Assembly (NCBI GenBank): GCA_032124015.1
Contig: JAQBEH010000022.1
Location: forward strand, 10,585-74,584
Source: Acidobacteriota bacterium
GTDB lineage: Bacteria; Acidobacteriota; Polarisedimenticolia; Polarisedimenticolales; DASRJG01
Length of the DNA: 64,000 nucleotides
Direction of reading: 5' to 3'
The position numbers were made by a program, and so were the translations under genes. Shown piece by piece: positions 29,836 to 40,002 of the stretch. Each line of letters starts with the position of its first letter. Position 1 is the first letter of the stretch. The notes below the pieces were generated by a model. The model worked only from the letters and a program-made list of their open reading frames with translations, was not told where the DNA came from and ran no database searches.

Positions 29836-30812
29836 GTGACACCGAGAACGATCGCGGTCCCCACGTGAAGCACGACGGCGACGAGCGCAACGATGGCCAT
29901 GGGCTTGTGCGCGACGTGCCAATAGCGGAGGAGTCGGTGCGTAACGTCGAGCATACGAGCTTGCTGCATCAGCGCGATCTCGCTCCGCATGAGACCGTGC
30001 AGTCTGGCGCGCGCCGCGCGATCGACCCGTCGTTCGGCGGTCGAAGCGCCTTTCCAACTCCACTGCAATTGTCGGGAGGTCTTCCACCGCCGCGCGTCGT
30101 CCGCGATCATGACCGCGAAAGCTTTCAGCGCGTTCATGTCGGGTGAGATCGTGGGAGACGCTCCAGAGAGCAGGGCGTGTTCGAGGAGCTCGCCGTCGAT
30201 CCCTGTGGCGTCGACGATTTGTTGAAGCACAGCCCGACGCTGGGTCTCGAGCTGGTCGCGCGTCAGCTCGACACCGTTTCTGCTACGCGGGATGCGCACG
30301 TAGATGTACCGTCCGACGACTCCGCTCAGCCACGCGACCATCATCGCGCCGTAGCCGAGCCCGATGAGGCCGGAGAAGTGCCACGCCGCGTGGAGCGTCG
30401 CGAGAAACGGAACGCAGAGGCCTGCTATCACGTGGACGTCGAGCCAGATCGCACGTGATGCGCCGAACGCAAGCCACCGGAATTTCTTTTGAAGCGGGTA
30501 GATCCACAAGAAGCTGAACAGGGCAAAGGCGGCGATTCCAGCGGCTTGTCCGATGAGGCCTGACGGTCGGAACCACGGATGCAGCGGGCTCCGCAAACGA
30601 TCGACCGCGGGCAACACGAAATACGGCAGGCCAGCAAGATTGGCCGAGACGACCAAGCCCAGGACGACGAGGAGGAAGCCCAGCCCGACGCGCGACCTCC
30701 TGGACGCCGCAATCTCCGCCTTCTGGGGGCGCTTGGCCGGCCTAGGCGCCGGTGCCGGCTCCGGCGCGCGCCGCTTTGCAGCGTGGTTCTCGAGCACGGC
30801 TTGTGAGCTCAT
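29823..30812 (-). CDS. Integral membrane protein with two H-x13-H helices (dihaem b-type cytochrome candidate)
   Basis: 329 aa with about 5 TM helices. One helix reads HVIAGLCVPFLATLH and another HKPMAIVALVAVVLH. A loop of about 110 aa precedes the last helix. Confidence 0.6.
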   Translation of the reverse strand: MSSQAVLENHAAKRRAPEPAPAPRPAKRPQKAEIAASRRSRVGLGFLLVVLGLVVSANLAGLPYFVLPAVDRLRSPLHPWFRPSGLIGQAAGIAAFALFSFLWIYPLQKKFRWLAFGASRAIWLDVHVIAGLCVPFLATLHAAWHFSGLIGLGYGAMMVAWLSGVVGRYIYVRIPRSRNGVELTRDQLETQRRAVLQQIVDATGIDGELLEHALLSGASPTISPDMNALKAFAVMIADDARRWKTSRQLQWSWKGASTAERRVDRAARARLHGLMRSEIALMQQARMLDVTHRLLRYWHVAHKPMAIVALVAVVLHVGTAIVLGVTWFH

Positions 30813-31068
30813 GGTTTCCCCGCCGGGAACCGAGCGAAAATGGTGCCAGCAAGGGACGACCCACCCGACGCCCGCGGATCCTTCCGTGTCCTTCGCGACG
30901 GCCCTGCGACGTAATCCTGGTTTCAGATTTGGTAATAGCGCGAGGACCTGATGGAGTGAAGCCCGAAGAGGAACGACGGGGGCGTGGCCCAGGGGTTGCT
31001 TGGTTCCTGGCGGGCACTCAATTCCCAGACAGAGCGCAGCAGTTCGGCTCGGAGAACGTAATACTTAC

Positions 31069-32364
31069 ATGCTGACCACCGTACTTTTCCTGACGACGAC
31101 CCTTCTTGTTTGCCTCGTGCACGTGCGCAAGCACGCGAAGCTCGAGCGAAGATCGCTCGAGTTGCGTGAGGAGAATGAAAAGGCCGGGCTCAACGAACCG
31201 TTCTCGCTTCATCCCCTCATCGACGAGAACTTATGTATCGGCTGCGGCTCCTGCGTTACGGCCTGCCCCGAGCAGGCGGTCCTTGGCCTCATCCAGGGGA
31301 AAGCGGTTCTTGTCGAGGCCTCGCAATGCATCGGCCACGGAGCCTGCAAGACCGCGTGCCCCACGAGGGCGATCCAACTCGTGTTCGGTACGGAAGAGCG
31401 TGGCGTCGACATCCCCAACGTCCAGTCGAACTTCGAGACGAACGTCCCGGGCATCTTCATCGCGGGTGAGCTCGGCGGCATGGGGCTGATCGGCAACGCC
31501 GTCGAGCAGGGGCGGCAGGCGATTGAGTCGATTCGCAAGCTGTCCGGGATGGGCCAAGGGAACCGGTTCGACGTCGTCATCGTCGGGGCCGGCCCGAGCG
31601 GATTCTCGGCATCTCTTGCGGCGCTGCACCACAAGCTGCGCGTCTTGACGATCGAGCAGGACACCCTCGGCGGGACCATCGCCCACTTCCCGCGCGGGAA
31701 GATCGTCATGACGCGACCCATGGAACTTCCCATCGTCGGGAAGGTGAGATTCTCCGAGACGACGAAGGAGAAGATCATCGACTTTTGGAAGAAGGTCGAG
31801 CGCGAAACCGGCGTCAAGATCAACTACAACGAGCGCCTGGAGACCATCGCCGTCGACGGGAACGGTTTCACCGTCCGCACTACGCGAGGTGAATACCGTG
31901 CCCGAGCCATACTTCTGGCCATTGGCCGCCGGGGCACCCCCCGCAAGCTCGGCGTCCCCGGCGAGGAACTCGACAAGGTCGTCTACCGGTTGATCGACCC
32001 CGAGCAGTATCGAGGTCAGCATGTGCTTGTCGTGGGCGGCGGCGACAGCGCCCTCGAGGCGGCGGCCGCCATAGCGGCGCAGCCAGGCTCGACCGTCACC
32101 CTCTCCTACCGAGAGAAAGCGTTCGTCCGGGCCAAGGTAACGAACCGCAAAAAGGTCGAGACGGCTCTGTTCGAAAAACGCCTGCGCGTGCTGTACGAGT
32201 CGAAAGTGCAGGTGGTGCACAAGAAATCGGTAGCTGTCGAGCAGAACGGCCAGGTGATCCTCGTCCCGAACGATGCGGTGATCGTCTGCGCGGGCGGCCT
32301 CCTCCCGACTCCGTTCCTCAAGGAAATTGGCATCGAGGTCGAAACGAAGCACGGCACCGCCTAG
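31069..32364 (+). CDS. Membrane-anchored 2x[Fe-S] ferredoxin-domain / FAD-NAD(P) oxidoreductase (thioredoxin-reductase-like)
   Basis: N-terminal TM helix MLTTVLFLTTTLLVCLVHV followed by RKHAK. Cluster motifs CIGCGSCVTACP and CIGHGACKTACP. Dinucleotide folds VVIVGAGPSG and VLVVGGGDSALE. Confidence 0.8.
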   Translation: MLTTVLFLTTTLLVCLVHVRKHAKLERRSLELREENEKAGLNEPFSLHPLIDENLCIGCGSCVTACPEQAVLGLIQGKAVLVEASQCIGHGACKTACPTRAIQLVFGTEERGVDIPNVQSNFETNVPGIFIAGELGGMGLIGNAVEQGRQAIESIRKLSGMGQGNRFDVVIVGAGPSGFSASLAALHHKLRVLTIEQDTLGGTIAHFPRGKIVMTRPMELPIVGKVRFSETTKEKIIDFWKKVERETGVKINYNERLETIAVDGNGFTVRTTRGEYRARAILLAIGRRGTPRKLGVPGEELDKVVYRLIDPEQYRGQHVLVVGGGDSALEAAAAIAAQPGSTVTLSYREKAFVRAKVTNRKKVETALFEKRLRVLYESKVQVVHKKSVAVEQNGQVILVPNDAVIVCAGGLLPTPFLKEIGIEVETKHGTA

Positions 32365-32404
32365 CGCCGCACGTCTCGTTTCGCGATGTGCCCTGTGACC
32401 CGAC

Positions 32405-34639
32405 TCAGTTCGTTTCCGGTGCTCCGTTGTCGATCCAACTCGTGATGATGGCCGGCTCCCCGGACAGCAGGTACTGTCGCATGGTCCCACCCGTCTGAGT
32501 CGTCGACCGGACCTTCGCACGATTGGCGAAGACCTGTGCGTAGGTCAGCAGGGTTGGGCTCTGGCCCCCGGTGGTGTGGCAGCCGCTCTGCGTGCAGCCG
32601 AGCTTGGTTCCGTTAGGCTGATTCGGCCGCGCGGTGATCATCGCCTTCGTCGTGTTCAGGTAGGTCACACGCGTTGTGACCGTCACCGAATCCTGCGCGC
32701 TCCCCTGGGGGCTGCCGTTGTCGATGACGGTGAGCGTGAAGGTGTAAGTCGCCGTTGCGTTCACCGGCGCTACAAAGCTCGGTGTCGCGGTGTTCGCACC
32801 CGACAGCGTCACCGTCGCTCCGGCGGTCTGGCTCCACTGATACGAGCTGATCGATCCATCGGGATCCGACGAGGCGCCGCCGTTGAGTAGGACCGTGACG
32901 CCCGGGTCGAGGTTGATCTGGTCGGGGCCGGCGTTCGCGAGCGGAGGCTGATTCGTCGCGACACTCACGGTGATGACGACCGTCGATGACCCGGTGGCTC
33001 CATCGTTGTCGGTGACGGTCAGAGCCGCCGTGTAGCTGCCGGCCGATGCATAGGTGTGCGTCGGGTTCTGAACGGTCGACGTGCCCCCGTCACCGAACGC
33101 CCACGCGTACGAGGCGATCGTGCCGTCCGTATCGGTGCCCGTCCCCGTGAACGTCACGAGCAACGGGGCGGTACCGGACGTCGGCGTGGCCGACGCCGAG
33201 GCGCTGGGCGGCAGGTTGCTGACGGCGGAGATGGCGACCGTCGACGAGCCGGTCGTGCCGCCGTTGTCGGTGACCGTCAGGGTGGCCGTGTAGTTGCCCG
33301 GCGACGCGAAGGTGTGCGAGGGGCTCTGCGCGCTCGAGGTCCCGCCGTCGCCGAAGGTCCACGCGTAGGAGGCGATGGTCCCGTCGGAGTCCGTCCCTGA
33401 ACCGGTAAACGCCACGACGAGCGGGGCTTTGCCGGAGGTCGGCGCGGCCGTGGCACTCGCCGTCGGAGGCTGGTTCCCGGCGGAACTCGCGGAAATGGCG
33501 ACCGACGATGAGCCCGTGGCTCCGTTATTGTCGGTGACCGTGAGCGTTGCGTTGTAGTTCCCCGCGGTCACATACGTGTGCGAGGGGCTGGCCACGGTGG
33601 ACGTGCCGCCGTCGCCGAAGGTCCAGGCATAAGACGCGATTGTTCCGTCGGAGTCGGACCCGGAGCCGGTGAAGACCACGGCCAGAGGCGCCAACCCGGA
33701 CGCGGGCGTTGCGGAGGCGCTTGCGATCGGAGGCTGGTTCGCAACGGCCGAGATCTGGACCGTTGCATTTCCCGTCGCGCCGTTGTTGTCGGTGACCGTG
33801 AGCGTCGCGTTGTAGTTGCCGGCCGTCTGATACGTGTGCGAGGGGTTCCTCGTGTTCGATGTGCCGCCGTCGCCGAAGGTCCAGGCGTAGGACGCGATCG
33901 TCCCATCGGAGTCCGTCCCGTTCCCGGTGAACGCCACCACGAGCGGCGCCTTCCCACTGGTGGGTGTGGCCGAAGCGCTCGCGGTCGGGGGCTGATTGGA
34001 CCCGGCCGTGATCGCGACCGTCGTCGAGCCTGTAGCGCCACCGTTATCGGTCACCGTGAGCGTGGCCGTGAAGTTCCCGCTGGTCTGATACGTGTGCGTG
34101 GGGTTCTGTTGCGTCGACGCGCCGCCGTCTCCGAACATCCAGGCGTAAGACGCGATCGTCCCGTTGGAATCGGTCCCGCTTCCCGTGAACGTCACGAGGA
34201 GCGGCGCCAATCCCGAGATCGGAGTCGCCGAAGCTGTCGCGGTCGGGGGCGGGTTTGCCGGAACGCTGACCGCGACCTCCACGGCCGCCTGACTCGTCGC
34301 GCCGGCGTTATCCGTGACTTCGAGCATGGCGATGAAGGTGCCAGCCGTGGCGTACAGGTGGGTCGGGTTGGCCTCCGACGAGGTGGCGCCGTCACCGAAC
34401 GTCCACGCGTAGGCGGCGATCGATCCGTCGGGGTCGGTCGCCGAGCCGGCGAAGGCCACGGTCAGCGGGGCCGGCCCCGAGGTCGGCGTAGCCGTCGCCA
34501 GGGTCACAGGCGCTTGGTTCGCTCTGTCGAGCGTGACGTCCTTACAGGCTAGAAAGGTCGCGAGAGCAAGAATGACGCCTGCGGCGAGCACGCGAGCGAA
34601 CGGCCACCCGTCCGCCCGGGATCCTCTCGTCTCTTTCAT
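32405..34639 (-). CDS. Lipoprotein with six tandem PKD domains, one ANAGPDQ-type PKD-like domain and a C-terminal CX4CH cytochrome-like domain
   Basis: ATG 34639 follows GGAGGA. Lipobox LATFLAC. Repeats of the type APLxVxFTGxGTDxDGTIASYAWTFGDGGTS..TLTVTDNxGATG. The tail contains CTQSGCH and a downstream GGTM. Confidence 0.85.
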   Translation of the reverse strand: MKETRGSRADGWPFARVLAAGVILALATFLACKDVTLDRANQAPVTLATATPTSGPAPLTVAFAGSATDPDGSIAAYAWTFGDGATSSEANPTHLYATAGTFIAMLEVTDNAGATSQAAVEVAVSVPANPPPTATASATPISGLAPLLVTFTGSGTDSNGTIASYAWMFGDGGASTQQNPTHTYQTSGNFTATLTVTDNGGATGSTTVAITAGSNQPPTASASATPTSGKAPLVVAFTGNGTDSDGTIASYAWTFGDGGTSNTRNPSHTYQTAGNYNATLTVTDNNGATGNATVQISAVANQPPIASASATPASGLAPLAVVFTGSGSDSDGTIASYAWTFGDGGTSTVASPSHTYVTAGNYNATLTVTDNNGATGSSSVAISASSAGNQPPTASATAAPTSGKAPLVVAFTGSGTDSDGTIASYAWTFGDGGTSSAQSPSHTFASPGNYTATLTVTDNGGTTGSSTVAISAVSNLPPSASASATPTSGTAPLLVTFTGTGTDTDGTIASYAWAFGDGGTSTVQNPTHTYASAGSYTAALTVTDNDGATGSSTVVITVSVATNQPPLANAGPDQINLDPGVTVLLNGGASSDPDGSISSYQWSQTAGATVTLSGANTATPSFVAPVNATATYTFTLTVIDNGSPQGSAQDSVTVTTRVTYLNTTKAMITARPNQPNGTKLGCTQSGCHTTGGQSPTLLTYAQVFANRAKVRSTTQTGGTMRQYLLSGEPAIITSWIDNGAPETN
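32947..34516 (-). repeat. Tandem coding repeats of about 260 bp (PKD units)
   Basis: Six consecutive units of 86-88 aa share long identical peptide runs (IASYAWTFGDGGTS, ATLTVTDN). Confidence 0.8.
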
Positions 34640-34759
34640 CCGTCCATCCTCCGGCGCCCGTAGCCGACCGTAGGAGAACAGAGCAAGCGCAGTGCCACGA
34701 CGTTGGTCGGACACTTCGAGTCATGCCGTTTTACGATTTCGTGGCGAATTCCGCCTACA

Positions 34760-36214
<1,455 letters not shown>

Positions 36215-36234
36215 AAAAGTGGCCGGATTCTAGC

Positions 36235-36705
36235 CTAGATCCAGCGCCGGACGCGCGCCTTGTAGCCGCGATAAACGTCGCCGAACTTGGCGTCGAGGTA
36301 GCGCTCCTCGCGGAGGACGACGCCGAACTGCAACACGAGGGTCAGGGGCAGGAGGAAGACCAGAAACGAAGGATCCGCGAGTGCCAAGCCGATCGCCGTG
36401 AACAGCACGATCAACGCCAGGTAGAGGGGGTTACGGGTGAAAGCGAACGGACCGCCGGAGACGATCGCCAGCGCGGGCAGACTCGGGTCGACGTTGGTCC
36501 CGGCGGCCTTCATGGTGCGCCGGCCCCAGATCGCGAGCGCGATCGCGCCCACCGCCAGCACGCCGCCCAGCCCGCGAAGCCACGGCGACGGCGCCAGACG
36601 GTAGGGGCAGGTGAGGTGCGCGAGCACGCCCAAAGCGACGCAGAGCAAGAAGAGCAACGGCGGGAAGATGACGACGCCGGGACTATCGCTCGATGTGTCG
36701 CTCAT
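36235..36705 (-). CDS. Isoprenylcysteine carboxyl methyltransferase/PEMT-family membrane methyltransferase
   Basis: ATG 36705 follows GGAGAA. The product is 156 aa with about 4 TM helices and the motif GPFAFTRNPLYLA. The ORF-track entry 36235..37197 extends upstream through non-coding-looking sequence. Confidence 0.65.
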   Translation of the reverse strand: MSDTSSDSPGVVIFPPLLFLLCVALGVLAHLTCPYRLAPSPWLRGLGGVLAVGAIALAIWGRRTMKAAGTNVDPSLPALAIVSGGPFAFTRNPLYLALIVLFTAIGLALADPSFLVFLLPLTLVLQFGVVLREERYLDAKFGDVYRGYKARVRRWI

Positions 36706-36758
36706 GACGATTTCTCCGCGAGAGAGGTTGCGATTCTCACGGGCGGCATGCCTGAAGT

Positions 36759-37346
36759 CTACGACCGACGCGGCCGTTCGAGCGTCACCGTGAAGAGGTC
36801 CAACTCGCCGCCGCAGGACACGTCGAAGTGGACGGCCGCGGCGCACCCGCGCCGGGCGATCTCCTGGGCTCCGAGCTTCTCGTCGTAGATCGTGTGCAGG
36901 GCGCCCAGCGCGTACGGCCCGCCGGATCCGATCGCGTCGAACCGCGTGAAGCGGGTGACCGACATCTGGCCCGTGACGTGGAAGATCCCGGCCGTGTTGA
37001 CGATCAGAAACGACGCGTCGAGGTCGGCGAACGGGGACTTGTCGTCGTCCATCGGCTGATCGTTGACGAACGAGTAGTCCTTCCGCATCCGCTTCCAGAA
37101 CCGGTTGAAGAACACGAAGATCTCCCGTTCGTTCCGCAGCCGCGGGGCCGGCCCTTTGGCGAGGAAATCCACCAGGATGTTCTCGTAGAGCCCCCACCCG
37201 GTCTGCGCGACGTACGACGCGCCGACCTTCATGATCTTCGACGAGTTGTGGTCGCCGCGCAGCACGCGGCGGTCGCCGAAGTTTTCTTGCGTGTCGGCGG
37301 CGATCGCGATGGTTCTACCCTTCTGAACGGCAACGGCGACGGACAT
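36759..37346 (-). CDS. HslV-like T1 (proteasome-type Ntn) peptidase with Ser at the nucleophile position
   Basis: MSVAVAVQKGRTIAIAADTQ parallels HslV TTIVSVRRNGHVVIAGDGQ. AIGSGGPYA is identical to the HslV block as I recall it. An SD GAGG lies 6 nt upstream of the ATG. Confidence 0.7.
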   Translation of the reverse strand: MSVAVAVQKGRTIAIAADTQENFGDRRVLRGDHNSSKIMKVGASYVAQTGWGLYENILVDFLAKGPAPRLRNEREIFVFFNRFWKRMRKDYSFVNDQPMDDDKSPFADLDASFLIVNTAGIFHVTGQMSVTRFTRFDAIGSGGPYALGALHTIYDEKLGAQEIARRGCAAAVHFDVSCGGELDLFTVTLERPRRS

Positions 37347-37395
37347 CGTGGACCTCGTGGTTTTGGGGACGACGCGGGGAGTCTACTCCGCCCTC

Positions 37396-37917
37396 TCAGT
37401 GTCTTTCGTAGGTTCCGATCAATTCGGCCGTCGCGAGCACGTGCCCTTCCATCGCGGCCAGGAGCTTCGCGCGCGTGGGTTTGTCGAGATCGCCGAGCAC
37501 GGTGTCGAGCGCGTAGAGCGTGTGAACGTAGCGATGCCGGCCGATCGGCGGGCACGGGCCCCCGTAGCCGGTGCGCCCCCAGTCGTTCGACCCTGCGAGC
37601 GTGCCGGGCAACAGTCCCTTCGCCGGGACCGCCTCACGGAGGCCCGTAGCGTCTGCGGGTAGGTCGTAGACGATCCAGTGCACCCAGGTCGTTTTCGGGG
37701 CTTTCGGATCGGGCGCATCGGGATCGGTGACGACGAGCGCGAGGCTCTTGGTCCCGGCGGGGACGTTGGCCCAGGCGAGGGGCGGAGAAACGTTCGATCC
37801 GTCGCAGGTGAATCGGGAGGGGATCGCCGCCTCGTGCGCGAACGCGGTCGACGTGAGTTTCATCGTCATGGCAGCTTCCGGGGCGAGAAGTAAGAGGACG
37901 AGGGCGAGCGGGTGCAT
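37396..37917 (-). CDS. YbhB/YbcL family PEBP (Raf kinase inhibitor-like) protein
   Basis: Carries the PEBP signature motifs [21 protein letters not shown] and [11 protein letters not shown]. Confidence 0.88.
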   Translation of the reverse strand: MHPLALVLLLLAPEAAMTMKLTSTAFAHEAAIPSRFTCDGSNVSPPLAWANVPAGTKSLALVVTDPDAPDPKAPKTTWVHWIVYDLPADATGLREAVPAKGLLPGTLAGSNDWGRTGYGGPCPPIGRHRYVHTLYALDTVLGDLDKPTRAKLLAAMEGHVLATAELIGTYERH

Positions 37918-37947
37918 GGGATGATCCTAGCGCCTCCGCCCCAAGCC

Positions 37948-37953
37948 TATAAT
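37948..37953 (+). promoter_or_regulatory. Perfect -10 box upstream of tkt
   Basis: TATAAT lies 37 nt upstream of ATG 37990. GGAGGT at 37977..37982 serves as the SD. The -35 is weak. Confidence 0.3.
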
Positions 37954-37989
37954 GATCGGCCCTTCCGCAGCCGCCCTGGAGGTTCCCCT

Positions 37990-40002
37990 ATGTCGCCCGC
38001 ACCCGACGCGAAGCTCGCTAAGTCCGCCGCCAACACCCTTCGGTTTCTCTCGGTCGACGCGGTCGAAAAGGCGAAATCGGGGCATCCCGGTCTCCCCATG
38101 GGCGCGGCCGACGTCGCCTTCGTCCTCTGGGGCCGCTTCCTACGCTACGACCCGACGGCGCCCGACTGGGCCGATCGTGATCGGTTCGTGCTGTCGGCGG
38201 GGCATGGCTGCATGCTGCTGTATTCGCTCCTCCACCTGGCGGGGTTCGACCTCCCGATGGCCGAGTTGCAGGCGTTCCGGCAGTGGGGGAGCAAGACGCC
38301 GGGCCATCCGGAGTTCGGCCACACCGTGGGCGTCGAGGCGACGACCGGGCCGCTGGGCCAGGGGATCGCAAACGCCGTCGGCATGGCGCTCGCGGGCAAG
38401 ATGGTCGCCACGCGGTTCAACGACGCCGAGTTCCAGCCGGTCGCCCACCGCGTCTTCGCGCTGGCCAGCGATGGCGACATGATGGAAGGAATCTCGGGCG
38501 AAGCCTGCTCGCTCGCGGGGCACTTGGGGTTGGGGAATTTGATCGTCCTTTATGACGACAACGGGATCTCGCTCGACGGCAAAACCTCGCTCTCGTTCTC
38601 CGAAGACGTGCCGGCGCGCTATGCGGCGTACGGATGGCAAGTTCAGACGGTGGACGGCCACGACCACGAACAGATCGCCCAGGCGATCGAGGTCGCGATC
38701 GCCGATCGCGCGCGGCCGTCGCTCATCGCGTGCAAGACCCACATCGGCTATGGCGCACCGCACAAGCAAGATACCGCCGAGGCGCACGGGAGTCCGTTGG
38801 GACCCGATGAAACCAAGGCCGCGAAAGAGAGGCTCGGTTGGCCGCTGGAGCCCGCGTTTTACGTCCCCGACGAGGTCCGCGATTTCTTCCGCGCCCGCGC
38901 CGCGGAAGGGGCGGCGCTTCGCACCGGTTGGGAACACCGTTTCGAGCAGTGGGCGCACGAGAATCCCGTGAAGGCCGCGCAGTGGGACGCGATCTGGACG
39001 CGATCGGTGCCCGAGGATCTCGTGGCCCAACTCCTCGCCGCGGCACCCGTCGTCGCGGGAGCCACCAGAGAGCACGGCCGGACGATCCTCCAGAAGGCGG
39101 CGGAACTCGTGCCCGGCCTCGCCGGGGGCGCCGCCGATCTCGCGTCGTCCACCTTCACCGTCATCAAAGGCGGGGGCGACGTGGGCCCCGGCGCCTTCGA
39201 CGGCCGCAACATCCACTTCGGCGTGAGGGAGCACGCGATGGGGGCGATCGTCAACGGGATCGCCTATCACGGCGCGTTCCGTCCGTTCGGATCGACCTTC
39301 CTCGTATTCGCGGACTACATGCGCGGTGCGATCCGCGTCGCCGCGTTGTCGAAGCTCCCCGTGGTTTTCGTCTTCACGCACGATTCGATTTTCGTCGGAG
39401 AGGACGGACCGACCCACGAGCCGATCGAGCAGACCGCTTCGCTCCGCCTCATCCCGAACCTCGAGGTGTGGCGCCCCGCCGACGGCATCGAAACCGCGCT
39501 CGCCTGGGGAATGGCGCTCGAGCGAAAGGATGGACCGTCGGTGATCGTGCTCTCTCGCCAGAAGCTCCCGCCGATCGAGCGCCCCGGCCGCATCGGCGAG
39601 CGGGATTTGCGGCGCGGCGGCTATCTCGTCGCCGGAGACGAATCGCCTCGGGCCGTCGTCGCCGCGACCGGCTCCGAGCTGCATCTCGCCGTCGGCGCGC
39701 GCGAGGCGTTGGCCAAGCGCGGCGTCAAGATCAACGTCGTGTCGATTCCGTGCGTCGAAGTTCTCCATGCGCAAGACCCCTCGTATCGGAGTCAACTGTT
39801 CCCCGACGGCGCGCCGGTCGTCACGATCGAGGCGGGGCGCACCGATATGTGGCGTGCGCTCACCGGTCCTTCGGGCTTGGCACTCGGCATCGATCACTAC
39901 GGCGCGTCGGCCCCCGGCGCCGTCAACGCGGAGAAGTTCGGATTCACCGTCGAAGCCGTCACGGCCAAGATCGAGGCGTGGCTTGCGGGAGCGAACGGCT
40001 GA
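37990..40002 (+). CDS. tkt: Transketolase
   Basis: Carries SGHPG, GPLGQG, a ThDP-binding region (GDGDMMEG-type, here SDGDMMEGI) and [11 protein letters not shown]. The product is 670 aa. Confidence 0.93.
   Translation: MSPAPDAKLAKSAANTLRFLSVDAVEKAKSGHPGLPMGAADVAFVLWGRFLRYDPTAPDWADRDRFVLSAGHGCMLLYSLLHLAGFDLPMAELQAFRQWGSKTPGHPEFGHTVGVEATTGPLGQGIANAVGMALAGKMVATRFNDAEFQPVAHRVFALASDGDMMEGISGEACSLAGHLGLGNLIVLYDDNGISLDGKTSLSFSEDVPARYAAYGWQVQTVDGHDHEQIAQAIEVAIADRARPSLIACKTHIGYGAPHKQDTAEAHGSPLGPDETKAAKERLGWPLEPAFYVPDEVRDFFRARAAEGAALRTGWEHRFEQWAHENPVKAAQWDAIWTRSVPEDLVAQLLAAAPVVAGATREHGRTILQKAAELVPGLAGGAADLASSTFTVIKGGGDVGPGAFDGRNIHFGVREHAMGAIVNGIAYHGAFRPFGSTFLVFADYMRGAIRVAALSKLPVVFVFTHDSIFVGEDGPTHEPIEQTASLRLIPNLEVWRPADGIETALAWGMALERKDGPSVIVLSRQKLPPIERPGRIGERDLRRGGYLVAGDESPRAVVAATGSELHLAVGAREALAKRGVKINVVSIPCVEVLHAQDPSYRSQLFPDGAPVVTIEAGRTDMWRALTGPSGLALGIDHYGASAPGAVNAEKFGFTVEAVTAKIEAWLAGANG

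Noticed and set aside
30975-31010. Sigma54-type promoter (TGGC..) in the region between the cytochrome operon and the Fe-S flavoprotein gene
   Set aside because: The sequence CTGGCGGGCACTCAATTCC does not fit the TGGCAC-N5-TTGC spacing or the conserved GC element.
36215-36240. Extra degenerate REP copies at 36215..36240 (AAAAAGTGGCCGGATTCTAG) and 37360..37385 (TTTTGGGGACGACGCGGGGAGTC)
   Set aside because: They share only short runs with the family consensus and do not form the characteristic hairpin. The support is too weak to call them.
38140-39897. 585-aa minus-strand ORF, and the plus-strand 38838..39977 portion of a 697-aa ORF, both overlapping transketolase
   Set aside because: Transketolase motifs unambiguously occupy this DNA. 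The overlapping frames are Arg/Gly/Pro-rich shadow ORFs. Only the last 317 codons or so of 38838..40931 carry lipid-kinase motifs.
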